From Acidimicrobiia bacterium (GTDB lineage: Bacteria; Actinomycetota; Acidimicrobiia; IMCC26256; JAENVU01): a stretch of 64,000 bases of DNA. The notes under the pieces are model-generated. The model saw nothing but the letters and a program-made list of their open reading frames with translations. It made no database searches and was not told the DNA's origin. A program made the translations under genes and the position numbers. Positions 1 through 7,494 of this stretch are shown here, in pieces. The DNA lies in the NCBI GenBank assembly GCA_031422675.1, contig JANPMG010000002.1, positions 4,379-68,378 of the forward strand, read 5' to 3'. Positions within the stretch are counted from its first letter, which is position 1; each line of letters starts with the position of its first letter.

Positions 1-716
1 GTGATCGCCTCGAACACGCCGCCGCCGCCGTCGGCCATGCCGTGGATCAGCTCGCGCAGCTCGACGTCGGTCGCGTAGGTGCCCGGTACCGCGTCACCGC
101 CGATGGAACGGTGGAAGATCGTGCGCGACGTGGAGAACCCGACGGCGCCCGCCGCGATGGACTCGGCGAGGAGCCGTCTCATCGCAGCGATGTCGGAGGC
201 CGACGCGTCTTCGTTCTTGACGCCGCGCTCACGCATGACCTCGAACCGCAACGATCCGTGGGCAACCTGCGCGGCGATGTCCATCGCGTACCGACGCGCG
301 TCGAGGAAGTCCAGGTACTCCGGGAACGTTTCCCACGCGCCCCACGGCACGCCTTCGTTGAGCGCGCTGCCCGGGATGTCCTCCACGCCCTCCATGAGTT
401 CGATCAGCGTCGCCTGCTCGCCCGCCGGGCACGGCGCGAAGCCGACCCCGCAGTTCCCCATCACGAGGGTGGTCACCCCGTTACTGAACGACGGGTCGAG
501 CTGGTCGTCCCACGTGGCCTGACCGTCGTAGTGGGTGTGGACATCGACCCAACCGGGCGTGACGACGGCGCCGTGGGCGTCGATGGTGCGGTCGCCGCTG
601 AGTGATCCGCCGATCGCGGTGATGACGCCGTCGTCGATCCCGACGTCGCCGGAGAATCGATCCGCGCCGGTGCCGTCGACGATCGTGCCGCCCGAGATCA
701 CCAGATCGTGTGCCAT
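1..716 (-). CDS. D-aminoacylase / N-acyl-D-amino-acid deacylase family amidohydrolase (5' part; runs off the left edge)
   Basis: Reverse-strand ATG at 716-714. My translation reads MAHDLVISGGTIVDGTGADRFSGDVGIDDGVITAIGG...AVVTPGWVDVHTHYDGQATWD, with the HxH metal-binding motif, and continues to VPGTYATDVELRELIHGMADGGGGVFEAI. It is missing from the ORF track because there is no stop inside the window. Confidence 0.85.
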   Translation of the reverse strand, partial: MAHDLVISGGTIVDGTGADRFSGDVGIDDGVITAIGGSLSGDRTIDAHGAVVTPGWVDVHTHYDGQATWDDQLDPSFSNGVTTLVMGNCGVGFAPCPAGEQATLIELMEGVEDIPGSALNEGVPWGAWETFPEYLDFLDARRYAMDIAAQVAHGSLRFEVMRERGVKNEDASASDIAAMRRLLAESIAAGAVGFSTSRTIFHRSIGGDAVPGTYATDVELRELIHGMADGGGGVFEAI

Positions 717-730
717 CGCTCGTGCCCCGC

Positions 731-790
731 TTCGTCGTGGTTGTCGTGGTCGTGCTCGTGCTCGTCGTCGTTGTCGTTGTCGTTCTCGCT
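731..790. repeat. Imperfect trinucleotide (GTC-GTN / CTC-GTG) low-complexity tract in a divergent intergenic region
   Basis: ttcgtcgtggttgtcgtggtcgtgctcgtgctcgtcgtcgttgtcgttgtcgttctcgct. It reads as poly-Val/Leu or Ser-rich on the plus strand and as D/N/E/H-rich on the minus strand. Confidence 0.8.
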
Positions 791-939
791 GGAGTGCGGG
801 GCCCATCTTGTCCGGTCGGGGGAGCGCATGCACCCGGCGGCGATACCTCGTCCGGGTGGGGCCCGGTGGCCACGTCGGGTGCCGCGGCCCGGACCCGATA
901 CCCTGCCGAACGCCTCAGACCGCAAAACGGGAGACCACG

Positions 940-2382
940 GTGCAGATCTTCGACACGCTCTTCATCGGCAACCAGCACGTGAAGCCGGAGAGCAAGGACG
1001 TCATCGACGTCGTGTCACCTCACACGGAGCAAGTGATCGGCCAGGTGCCGGACGCGTCGCCCGCGGATATCGACAAGGCCGTCGCGTCGGCCCGGGACGC
1101 GTTCGAGAACGGCCCGTGGCCCCGCATGGCGCCCGAAGAACGCGGTGAGGCCATCGCCCGGTTGGCGACGGCACTCCAGAACCGGGCCGAGCCGATCGCG
1201 GACTTGATCTCGAGTCAGAACGGCTCACCGAAGCAGTGGTCGATCATGGGACAGGTGTTCTCCGCCACCATGGTGCTCGGCGGCTACGCGGAGTACGCCA
1301 AGACGTACCCGTTCGTGCAGGAGCGCACCGGTGCGTTGGGCGGCCGGTTGCAGGTGCGGCGCGCGCCGGTGGGCGTGGCGGCGGGAATCATCCCGTGGAA
1401 CGTTCCGCTGTTCATCATGGCGTTGAAGCTCGGCCCGGCCATGGCTGCGGGAGTCCCGATGGTGATCAAGCCGGCGCCCGAGACTCCGCTCGACTCGTAC
1501 CTCTTCGCCGATGCCGTGATCGAGGCGGGCATCCCCGAAGGTGTCATCAACATCGTCCCGGCCGGTCGGGAGAACGCGGACTACATCCTTCGTCACCCCG
1601 GCATCGACAAGGTGAGCTTCACCGGCAGCACCGCCGTCGGCAAGCACATTGCGTCGGTGTGCGGTGAGCAGCTCAAGCGGGTCACGCTCGAACTCGGTGG
1701 CAAGTCCGCGGCCATCGTGCTCGACGATGTTGCCCTCGATGACGCGCTGCTCGGCGAGATGGTGATGTCCGGCCTCATGAACAACGGTCAGGTCTGTGGT
1801 GCGCAGTCGCGCATCCTGGCGCCGCGCTCGCGCTACGACGAAGTGGTCGACGCCCTGGCCGCGGCCGTCGGCGCCATGACCGTGGGCGACCCGCTCGACG
1901 TGAGCACGCAGATCGGGCCACTCGTTGCGGAACGCCAGCGCACCCGGGTGGAGGGCTACATCGAAGCCGGGAAAGCCGCCGGGGCGCGGGTCGTCGCCGG
2001 TGGTTCCCGGCCCGACCACCCCACGGGTTGGTACGTCGCACCGACGGTCTTCGCCGACGTGGACAACACGATGCAGATCGCCCGCGAGGAGATCTTCGGG
2101 CCGGTGCTGTCGGTGATCCCGTACGACGGTGAGGACGAGGCCGTGCAGATCGCGAACGACAGCGACTACGGCCTCTGTGGGTCGGTGTGGACCAGCGATG
2201 TGGAGCACGGTGCCGAGATCGGGGCGCGGGTGCGCACCGGTGTGGTCGCGGTGAACTCGTCGACGATCCTGGACTTCAACGCACCGTTCGGCGGGTTCAA
2301 GCAGTCCGGAATCGGGCGGGAACTCGGCCCCGAGGGCATCGATCCCTACACCGAACTCCAGACCATCATCCTCCCGGCCTGA
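940..2382 (+). CDS. NAD(P)-dependent aldehyde dehydrogenase
   Basis: The conserved part of ORF 535..2382 starts at GTG 940, after the RBS-like gggag. Key motifs are IIPWNVPL, FTGSTAVGK, ELGGKSA and EEIFGPV, as expected for the ALDH superfamily. Confidence 0.92.
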   Translation: MQIFDTLFIGNQHVKPESKDVIDVVSPHTEQVIGQVPDASPADIDKAVASARDAFENGPWPRMAPEERGEAIARLATALQNRAEPIADLISSQNGSPKQWSIMGQVFSATMVLGGYAEYAKTYPFVQERTGALGGRLQVRRAPVGVAAGIIPWNVPLFIMALKLGPAMAAGVPMVIKPAPETPLDSYLFADAVIEAGIPEGVINIVPAGRENADYILRHPGIDKVSFTGSTAVGKHIASVCGEQLKRVTLELGGKSAAIVLDDVALDDALLGEMVMSGLMNNGQVCGAQSRILAPRSRYDEVVDALAAAVGAMTVGDPLDVSTQIGPLVAERQRTRVEGYIEAGKAAGARVVAGGSRPDHPTGWYVAPTVFADVDNTMQIAREEIFGPVLSVIPYDGEDEAVQIANDSDYGLCGSVWTSDVEHGAEIGARVRTGVVAVNSSTILDFNAPFGGFKQSGIGRELGPEGIDPYTELQTIILPA

Positions 2383-2425
2383 TCCCGGAGGGGTTGCGGG
2401 TCGCGTTCGGACCGACCGATCCACG

Positions 2426-2932
2426 ATGCTCGACGTGGTGTTGGTGGCCCCCCAGATCGCGGCGAACACCGGGAACATCGTGCGACTCTGCGCCAACGTC
2501 GGCGCGGGGCTGCATCTGGTGGGTCCACTCGGATTCGAGGTGGACGATCGTGCGCTGCGCCGAGCCGGTCTGGACTATCACGAACTGGCTGCCACTCGGA
2601 TCTGGGATTCGTGGGACGAATGTCGGTCGGGGATCGGGATCGCGCCGCGCTGGTTCGCGACCACCACCCGGCCGCCGCATCGCCGGTACGACACGGTCAC
2701 CTACGCACCGGGTGACGTCGTCGTGTTCGGATGCGAGGCGACGGGCCTCGGCTCGGACCGGTTGGACGCATTCGCGGACGACCGTCGGCTGCACATCCCG
2801 ATGCGGCCGGACAACCGGAGCCTCAACCTCGCGAACGCGGTGAGCGTCGTGGTCTACGAAGCGTGGCGTCAGCACGGTTTCGACGGCGCGGCGACCGGTA
2901 CGTTCGCCGAGTCCCCGCGGTCTTCGGAGTAG
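2426..2932 (+). CDS. trmL: tRNA (cytidine/uridine-2'-O-)-methyltransferase TrmL (SpoU family)
   Basis: LDVVLVAPQIAANTGNIVRLCANVGAGLHLVGPLGF..DDRALRRAGLDYHE...SLNLANAVSVVVYEAWRQ closely parallels E. coli TrmL along its whole length. Confidence 0.93.
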   Translation: MLDVVLVAPQIAANTGNIVRLCANVGAGLHLVGPLGFEVDDRALRRAGLDYHELAATRIWDSWDECRSGIGIAPRWFATTTRPPHRRYDTVTYAPGDVVVFGCEATGLGSDRLDAFADDRRLHIPMRPDNRSLNLANAVSVVVYEAWRQHGFDGAATGTFAESPRSSE

Positions 2933-3691
2933 CCCGGGAGCCTGCCACTGCAGACCGAGGAAGCCGCCGAGGAACGCCGCCACCGAGATGGCGAGCGCCA
3001 CCAGATCGGCGGTGCCGTCGTCGCTCGGATGCGCAACGACGTGTTTGGCGGCGACGGCGTAGAGCACGATGCCGACGATGATGGGGAAGTGGCCGAACGA
3101 GAACAGGTTGCGCGCGACGCGGCCGCGATTCGCGCTCTCTCGCAGCACAGTTTCGATCACGCCGGGGACGTAGGAGAAGTAGGTCCACCAGAACACGCAG
3201 GCCACCGAGACGGCGGCGATCACGCCGAGTCCGATCGTGGAGTCCAACCGAGTTTCGGACGCCGCAACGCCCACGGCAACGAGCACCTCGCCCAACGAGA
3301 TGATGACGAAGAGCGAGTGCCGTTCCACGAAGTGCACCGGGCCGATGGTCCACTCCGCGTCGCTCGTGCCGCCCCGGCGGCCGGCCCGGATCGCCGACCC
3401 GACGTGAAGACCGGCGACTGCGCACCACACGATGGTCCGCGGTCCGCGACCTCCCGCCGTGCCCACGAGGACGAGAATCGGTGCGGGCATCAGGGATCGC
3501 GACCGCCATCAACCGGTCAACAACAGGCTCCGGGCGAAGCTGGTGGGGCTGGTGTCAGAAGCAAAGACCCCGGCGATCTGGGTGACGGCGAAGACGAAGA
3601 CGAGGTCCAGGAAGAGTTCGAGATTGGACGCGTGACGCTCGGACTGTGGCTCAGTCTGCGGTTCGGGCCGCGCGTCGGGATCGCCGGTCAT
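2933..3691 (-). pseudogene. ltrA: LtrA (low temperature requirement A) family membrane protein, probably decayed: in-frame TGA and shortened
   Basis: Starts at ATG 3691-3689, overlapping the upstream stop as ATGA. The N-terminus SNLELFLDLVFVFAVTQ is the LtrA signature. An in-frame TGA sits at 3511-3509 (LLLTG*WRSRSLMPAP), and the same frame continues with HFVERHSLFVIISLGE...FWWTYF. Only about 60 codons separate the N-terminal motif from FxERH, where several TM helices are expected. The 3' end is undefined: the frame stays open to 2366, antisense to trmL. Confidence 0.55.
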
Positions 3692-4626
3692 CAGCGCGGT
3701 GGTGCGGTGGCGGCGCGTACGACGGCCGCATCCACATCCGCGATGACCGCTCCGGTGGGATCGAGGTCGAAGAACTCCACTCCGTCGGTCACGGTGGGTG
3801 CATCGGCGCCGAACGCCACCGCGATCTTGTTGGCTGCGTTGCGCGCGACGTCGAGGACGATCTCGGTGATCTGCGCCGTATCGAAGTGTTCGTGCACCGC
3901 TCGCACCAGGGCATCGTCGATCGCGCCGGGTTGGGTGACGAGTGCATCGGTGAGTCGGAGCGCAACTCGTTGGCGATCGGTGAACACTTCGTCCGCGGTC
4001 GCATCGTCCGCTGCCGTCCGAATGACCGCGAGGTCGCCGGCCTGGTCGAGTGCCGTCACGCTGATCCGAGACTGGCAGAGCCGGCACTCGTGGGCCCGCG
4101 CGCCGTGGAGTCGGATGAGTTCGGTCAGGAGTGGATCGAGGGTGTTGAGGCGCGCCACGGCGGCCATGAACGACTCGAGTTCGGGCCAGAGGCGCGCGGG
4201 GTCGATCACCGAACCGTTGAGGGTCGGCATCGGCGTTACGAACAACCGGTCCAGGCCGAGCCGGGCGCGCGTGAAGACGTCGTTGACGTAGACCGCCTGG
4301 ACGAAGAGGAACGCGTCGTCGCCCAGTGCCCGGGTCATGGCGGTGCGGTGCTCGCTGGTGATTGCGGCCACGTCCACCACGAACTGCTCCGCGAACGCGA
4401 GGCCCGCCAGTTCCCGGAGACCGGCGGGTGGTTCACCGCGTCCGGTGGTCGACGCGCCGAGCACGGCATCGATCATCCGGATGATCGGGCCGAAGACCTC
4501 GGGGTGAATGGCGGTTCGAGCCGTCGTGAGGATGTCGTCGAACTGGCGGAAGATCTCCGGCGCGATCGCGCGCCACGGTTGGTCGGAGTCGCCGGATGCG
4601 CGCAGGTCGGTCTTCGGATCGGACAC
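3691..4626 (-). CDS. Carboxymuconolactone decarboxylase / AhpD-like family protein
   Basis: The 311-aa ORF has normal composition. It carries an AhpD-like redox motif, HECRLCQS, in the context LIRLHGARAHECRLCQSR, and a second helical CMD-like half. Confidence 0.8.
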   Translation of the reverse strand: MSDPKTDLRASGDSDQPWRAIAPEIFRQFDDILTTARTAIHPEVFGPIIRMIDAVLGASTTGRGEPPAGLRELAGLAFAEQFVVDVAAITSEHRTAMTRALGDDAFLFVQAVYVNDVFTRARLGLDRLFVTPMPTLNGSVIDPARLWPELESFMAAVARLNTLDPLLTELIRLHGARAHECRLCQSRISVTALDQAGDLAVIRTAADDATADEVFTDRQRVALRLTDALVTQPGAIDDALVRAVHEHFDTAQITEIVLDVARNAANKIAVAFGADAPTVTDGVEFFDLDPTGAVIADVDAAVVRAATAPPR

Positions 4627-4733
4627 GGCCGGAGCCTACGAATCGCGGCGATGACCGGCAAGATCGCGGCGCGGGTTCGACGGCGGCGCGGCGCGAACGC
4701 GCACGCAACTCGCCGCTCGTGGTAGAGACAGGC

Positions 4734-5297
4734 GTGGCGAACGACCCCGTGACCGCGCCGGACCTCGACGCACAACTTCAGGCGCTCGTCGGGCAGCCGA
4801 TCGGCACGGGCGGCCCGTCGATCGCACCGGACCCGGTGAACCAGCCGATGATCCGCCATTGGGCGGCGGCGTTCGAGGATGCCAACCCGATCTACACCGA
4901 TCCGGAGACTGCCGCCGCGTCCCGTTTCGGCGAGATCGTGGCGCCGCCGCTGATGCTCCAGACCTGGACCATGGCGAACCCGAAAATCACCGGGATCCGC
5001 GAACGCGGTGGCTCGCCGGTGGAAGGGGAGGGCGCCGAAGTTCTGCGGCTGCTCGACGGCGCTGGGTTCGTCGGCACGCTCGCCACGAACTCCGAGTTCG
5101 AACTCGTGCGCTATCTGCGGCTCGGGGAGCGGGTGTCCGCGACCACGGTGGTGGACTCGATCTCCGCCGAGAAGCGGACTCGGATCGGTCCCGGTCGATT
5201 CCTCACCTGGGTCACCACCTACGTCGACGACGACGGTGCGGTCGTGGGCGTGCAGACGTTCCGCATCCTGAAGTTCAAGCCCGAGGTCCCCGCGTGA
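4734..5297 (+). CDS. MaoC-N-terminal-like hotdog-fold hydratase subunit (ChsH2-N / FAS1-like dehydratase)
   Basis: GTG 4734 is in frame with ORF 4596..5297. IRHWAAAFEDANPIYTDPETAAASRFGEIVAPPLM is the MaoC_dehydrat_N signature. Confidence 0.8.
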   Translation: MANDPVTAPDLDAQLQALVGQPIGTGGPSIAPDPVNQPMIRHWAAAFEDANPIYTDPETAAASRFGEIVAPPLMLQTWTMANPKITGIRERGGSPVEGEGAEVLRLLDGAGFVGTLATNSEFELVRYLRLGERVSATTVVDSISAEKRTRIGPGRFLTWVTTYVDDDGAVVGVQTFRILKFKPEVPA

Positions 5298-5311
5298 GCG
5301 ACCTCGCCGCC

Positions 5312-5361
5312 GACTTTCGTGCACTTTGGGGATTCCTGGCCCCCCAAAGTGCACGAAAGTC
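5312..5361. repeat. REP-like perfect palindrome (20-bp arms, 10-nt loop), copy A
   Basis: gactttcgtgcactttgggg (5312-5331), attcctggcc, then ccccaaagtgcacgaaagtc (5342-5361), followed by gagg. A related copy lies at 30546-30653. Confidence 0.85.
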
Positions 5362-5382
5362 GAGGTGGGTGTCGACGTGAGT

Positions 5383-5814
5383 ATGGGCGAGGCCGCAGAG
5401 CTGCCGGAGCGCCTCGCGCCGTCGATGACGCCCGACACCGCGTTCTTCTGGGACGGTGCGAAGGCGCGTCGGCTCCTCATCCAGCGGTGCCGCGGGTGCG
5501 GCCGGTTCCGCCACCCGCCCCGGCCCATGTGTCCGAACTGCCACGCGCTCGAGTGGGAGGCCGTCGAGGCTTCGGGGCGGGGTTCGGTGTTCAGTTTCGT
5601 GATGCCACGTCATCCGCAGTACCCCTGGTTCGAGCCGGATTACATCGTGGCGCTGGTGGAACTCGAAGAGGGGGTACGCCTGGTGACCAATCTCGTCGAG
5701 GTCGTCCCCGCCGACGTGACCATCGGGATGGCGGTCCAGGTCCGGTTCGACGAGTTCGCCGGCGGGCTCGTGCTCCCGATGTTCACGCCCGTGCGCCCAG
5801 GCGAGACGCCATGA
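5383..5814 (+). CDS. DUF35 OB-fold / zinc-ribbon protein (acyl-CoA-associated)
   Basis: Zinc ribbon CRGCGRFRHPPRPMCPNCH, followed by an OB-fold (GRGSVFSFVM...VALVELEEGVRLVTNL). The stop overlaps the next start as ATGA. Confidence 0.85.
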   Translation: MGEAAELPERLAPSMTPDTAFFWDGAKARRLLIQRCRGCGRFRHPPRPMCPNCHALEWEAVEASGRGSVFSFVMPRHPQYPWFEPDYIVALVELEEGVRLVTNLVEVVPADVTIGMAVQVRFDEFAGGLVLPMFTPVRPGETP

Positions 5815-6245
5815 TCCGTCGGCTCCGCTGGAACGAGATCCGGGTGGGGGACGAGTTGACCCCGCTCGTGATCGACGTGACCGCCACCGTCATCGCCGCG
5901 GGCGCGATCGCCACCCGTGACTTCATGCCCGTGCACCACGACCGGGACTACGCGAACGCGCAGGGTGCGCCCGACATCTTCATGAACATCCTCTCGGACA
6001 CCGCCTACTGCAGCCGATTCCTCACCGACTGGGCGGGTCCGGACGCGCGATTGACGCGGCTGGCGATCCGGCTCGGCGTCCCGGTGTTCCCCGGCCACAC
6101 CCTCACCTACACGGGGACCGTCAGTGCGGTCTCGCGGACCGACGACGAGGGTCTGGTGGACATCGAGTTCGCGGCCATCGACGATCTGGGTGAGCACGTC
6201 AGCGGCACCGCCACTCTGGGCCTCCCGCTCGGCGGCGCGTCGTGA
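5811..6245 (+). CDS. MaoC-like (R)-specific enoyl-CoA hydratase hotdog subunit (ChsH1-like)
   Basis: MIRRLRWNEIRVGDELTPLVIDVT...RDFMPVHHDRDYANAQGAPDIFMN...FPGHTLTYTG matches the MaoC dehydratase pattern. Confidence 0.85.
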   Translation: MIRRLRWNEIRVGDELTPLVIDVTATVIAAGAIATRDFMPVHHDRDYANAQGAPDIFMNILSDTAYCSRFLTDWAGPDARLTRLAIRLGVPVFPGHTLTYTGTVSAVSRTDDEGLVDIEFAAIDDLGEHVSGTATLGLPLGGAS

Positions 6246-6266
6246 GTGCGTCGTGATTTCCGCAAC

Positions 6267-6299
6267 GAGCCAGCCGTGAGCCAGCCGTGAGCCAGACGT
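6267..6299 (+). repeat. 3 x 11-bp tandem repeat immediately upstream of, and overlapping, the ltp-like start codon
   Basis: gagccagccgt gagccagccgt gagccagacgt. The last GTG (6298) is the predicted start. Confidence 0.8.
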
Positions 6300-7464
6300 G
6301 AGTTCATCGCTGCGTGACCGCGCTGCCATCGTGGGGATCGGCCAGACCGAGTTCTCGAAGGAGTCGGGTCGCACCGAACTCCAGCTCGCGTGCGAGTCGG
6401 TGCTCGCGGCGATCACCGACGCCGGACTGACCCCGGCCGATGTCGACGGGCTCGTGACCTTCACCCTCGACACCAGCGAAGAGATGGAGGTCGCGCGCAA
6501 CGTCGGAATCCCGAGCCTGTCGATGTTCGCCCGGATCCCGTACGGCGGTGGCGCATCGGCCGGGACGGTGATGCAGGCGGCGATGGCCGTGGCCACCGGG
6601 GTGGCCGACGTCGTGGTGTGTTACCGGGCGTTCAACGAGCGCTCCGGCATGCGTTTCGGCAACATCGGCGGCGCGATCACGGCGATGCCTCTGTGGCTGT
6701 CCTGGTACGCGCCCTACGGCCTGCTCACACCGGCTTCGTGGGTCGCGCTCCACGCGCAGCGCTACATGCACGAGTTCGGGGCCACCAACGAAGACTTCGG
6801 CCGGATCGCCGTGGTGGATCGGCTGCATGCGGCCACGAACCCGGACGCCTGGTTCTACGACCGGCCGATCACCATCGAAGATCATCAGGCTTCGCGTTGG
6901 ATCATCGAACCGGTGCTCCGGCTGCTCGACTGTTGCCAGGAGACCGACGGCGGAGTGGCGCTCGTGGTCACTTCGGCCGAACGGGCGCGTGACCTGCCGC
7001 ACCCGCCGGCGCTCATCACCGCCGCGGCGCAGGGTGCCACCTTCGACGGCGAAATGATGACGAGCTACTACCGCGACGAGCTCACCGGACTCCCTGAGAT
7101 GGGCGTGGTCGCCGATCGACTCTGGGCGATGTCGGGCCTGACGCCGGCAGACATCAGCACCGCGTTTCTCTACGACCACTTCACGCCGTTCGTCCTCATG
7201 CAGCTCGAGGAGCTCGGCTTTTGCGGTCCCGGTGAGGCGAAGGACTTCGCTACCGTCGAGCGACTCTCCATCGGCGGCTCGTTGCCGATCAACACCAGCG
7301 GCGGTCTTCTCGGTGAGGCGTACATCCACGGGATGAACGGGATCACCGAAGCGGTCCGTCAGCTTCGCGGCACGTCCGCCAATCAGGTGGACCGGGTCGA
7401 GCATGTCCTCGTGACCGCGGGCACCGGCGTGCCCACCAGCGGATTGATCCTCGGCGCACCGTGA
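6298..7464 (+). CDS. Thiolase-like lipid-transfer protein (SCP-x / Ltp2-like retro-aldolase family)
   Basis: AAIVGIGQTEFSKESGRTELQLA...VDGLVTF...CCQETDGGVALVV...NTSGGLLGEAYIHGMNG is a thiolase fold of the Ltp type. Confidence 0.88.
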   Translation: MSSSLRDRAAIVGIGQTEFSKESGRTELQLACESVLAAITDAGLTPADVDGLVTFTLDTSEEMEVARNVGIPSLSMFARIPYGGGASAGTVMQAAMAVATGVADVVVCYRAFNERSGMRFGNIGGAITAMPLWLSWYAPYGLLTPASWVALHAQRYMHEFGATNEDFGRIAVVDRLHAATNPDAWFYDRPITIEDHQASRWIIEPVLRLLDCCQETDGGVALVVTSAERARDLPHPPALITAAAQGATFDGEMMTSYYRDELTGLPEMGVVADRLWAMSGLTPADISTAFLYDHFTPFVLMQLEELGFCGPGEAKDFATVERLSIGGSLPINTSGGLLGEAYIHGMNGITEAVRQLRGTSANQVDRVEHVLVTAGTGVPTSGLILGAP

Positions 7465-7494
7465 TATCGGGGCCCGCCGAGGATCACCGCCGGT

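Noticed and set aside
698-925. 75-codon minus-strand ORF encoding an acidic/His-rich peptide upstream of the amidohydrolase.
   Set aside because: The unusual peptide is produced by the trinucleotide tract, which reads as low-complexity sequence in every frame, and the rest of the ORF is Arg/Gly-rich. It is kept only as a low-interest note.
3509-3511. In-frame TGA in the LtrA-like gene considered as a second selenocysteine codon.
   Set aside because: The position corresponds to a Trp-rich membrane motif, not a redox Cys. The gene is also internally shortened and truncated, so decay (or TGG to TGA) explains it better.
5312-5361. The 20-bp palindrome considered as a KstR/KstR2-type steroid-regulon operator, given the ChsH/Ltp2-like context.
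   Set aside because: It does not resemble the known KstR (TnnAACnnGTTnnA) or KstR2 (AnCAAGnnCTTGnT) motifs, and its second copy sits in an unrelated sulfatase cluster. A REP-like element fits better.
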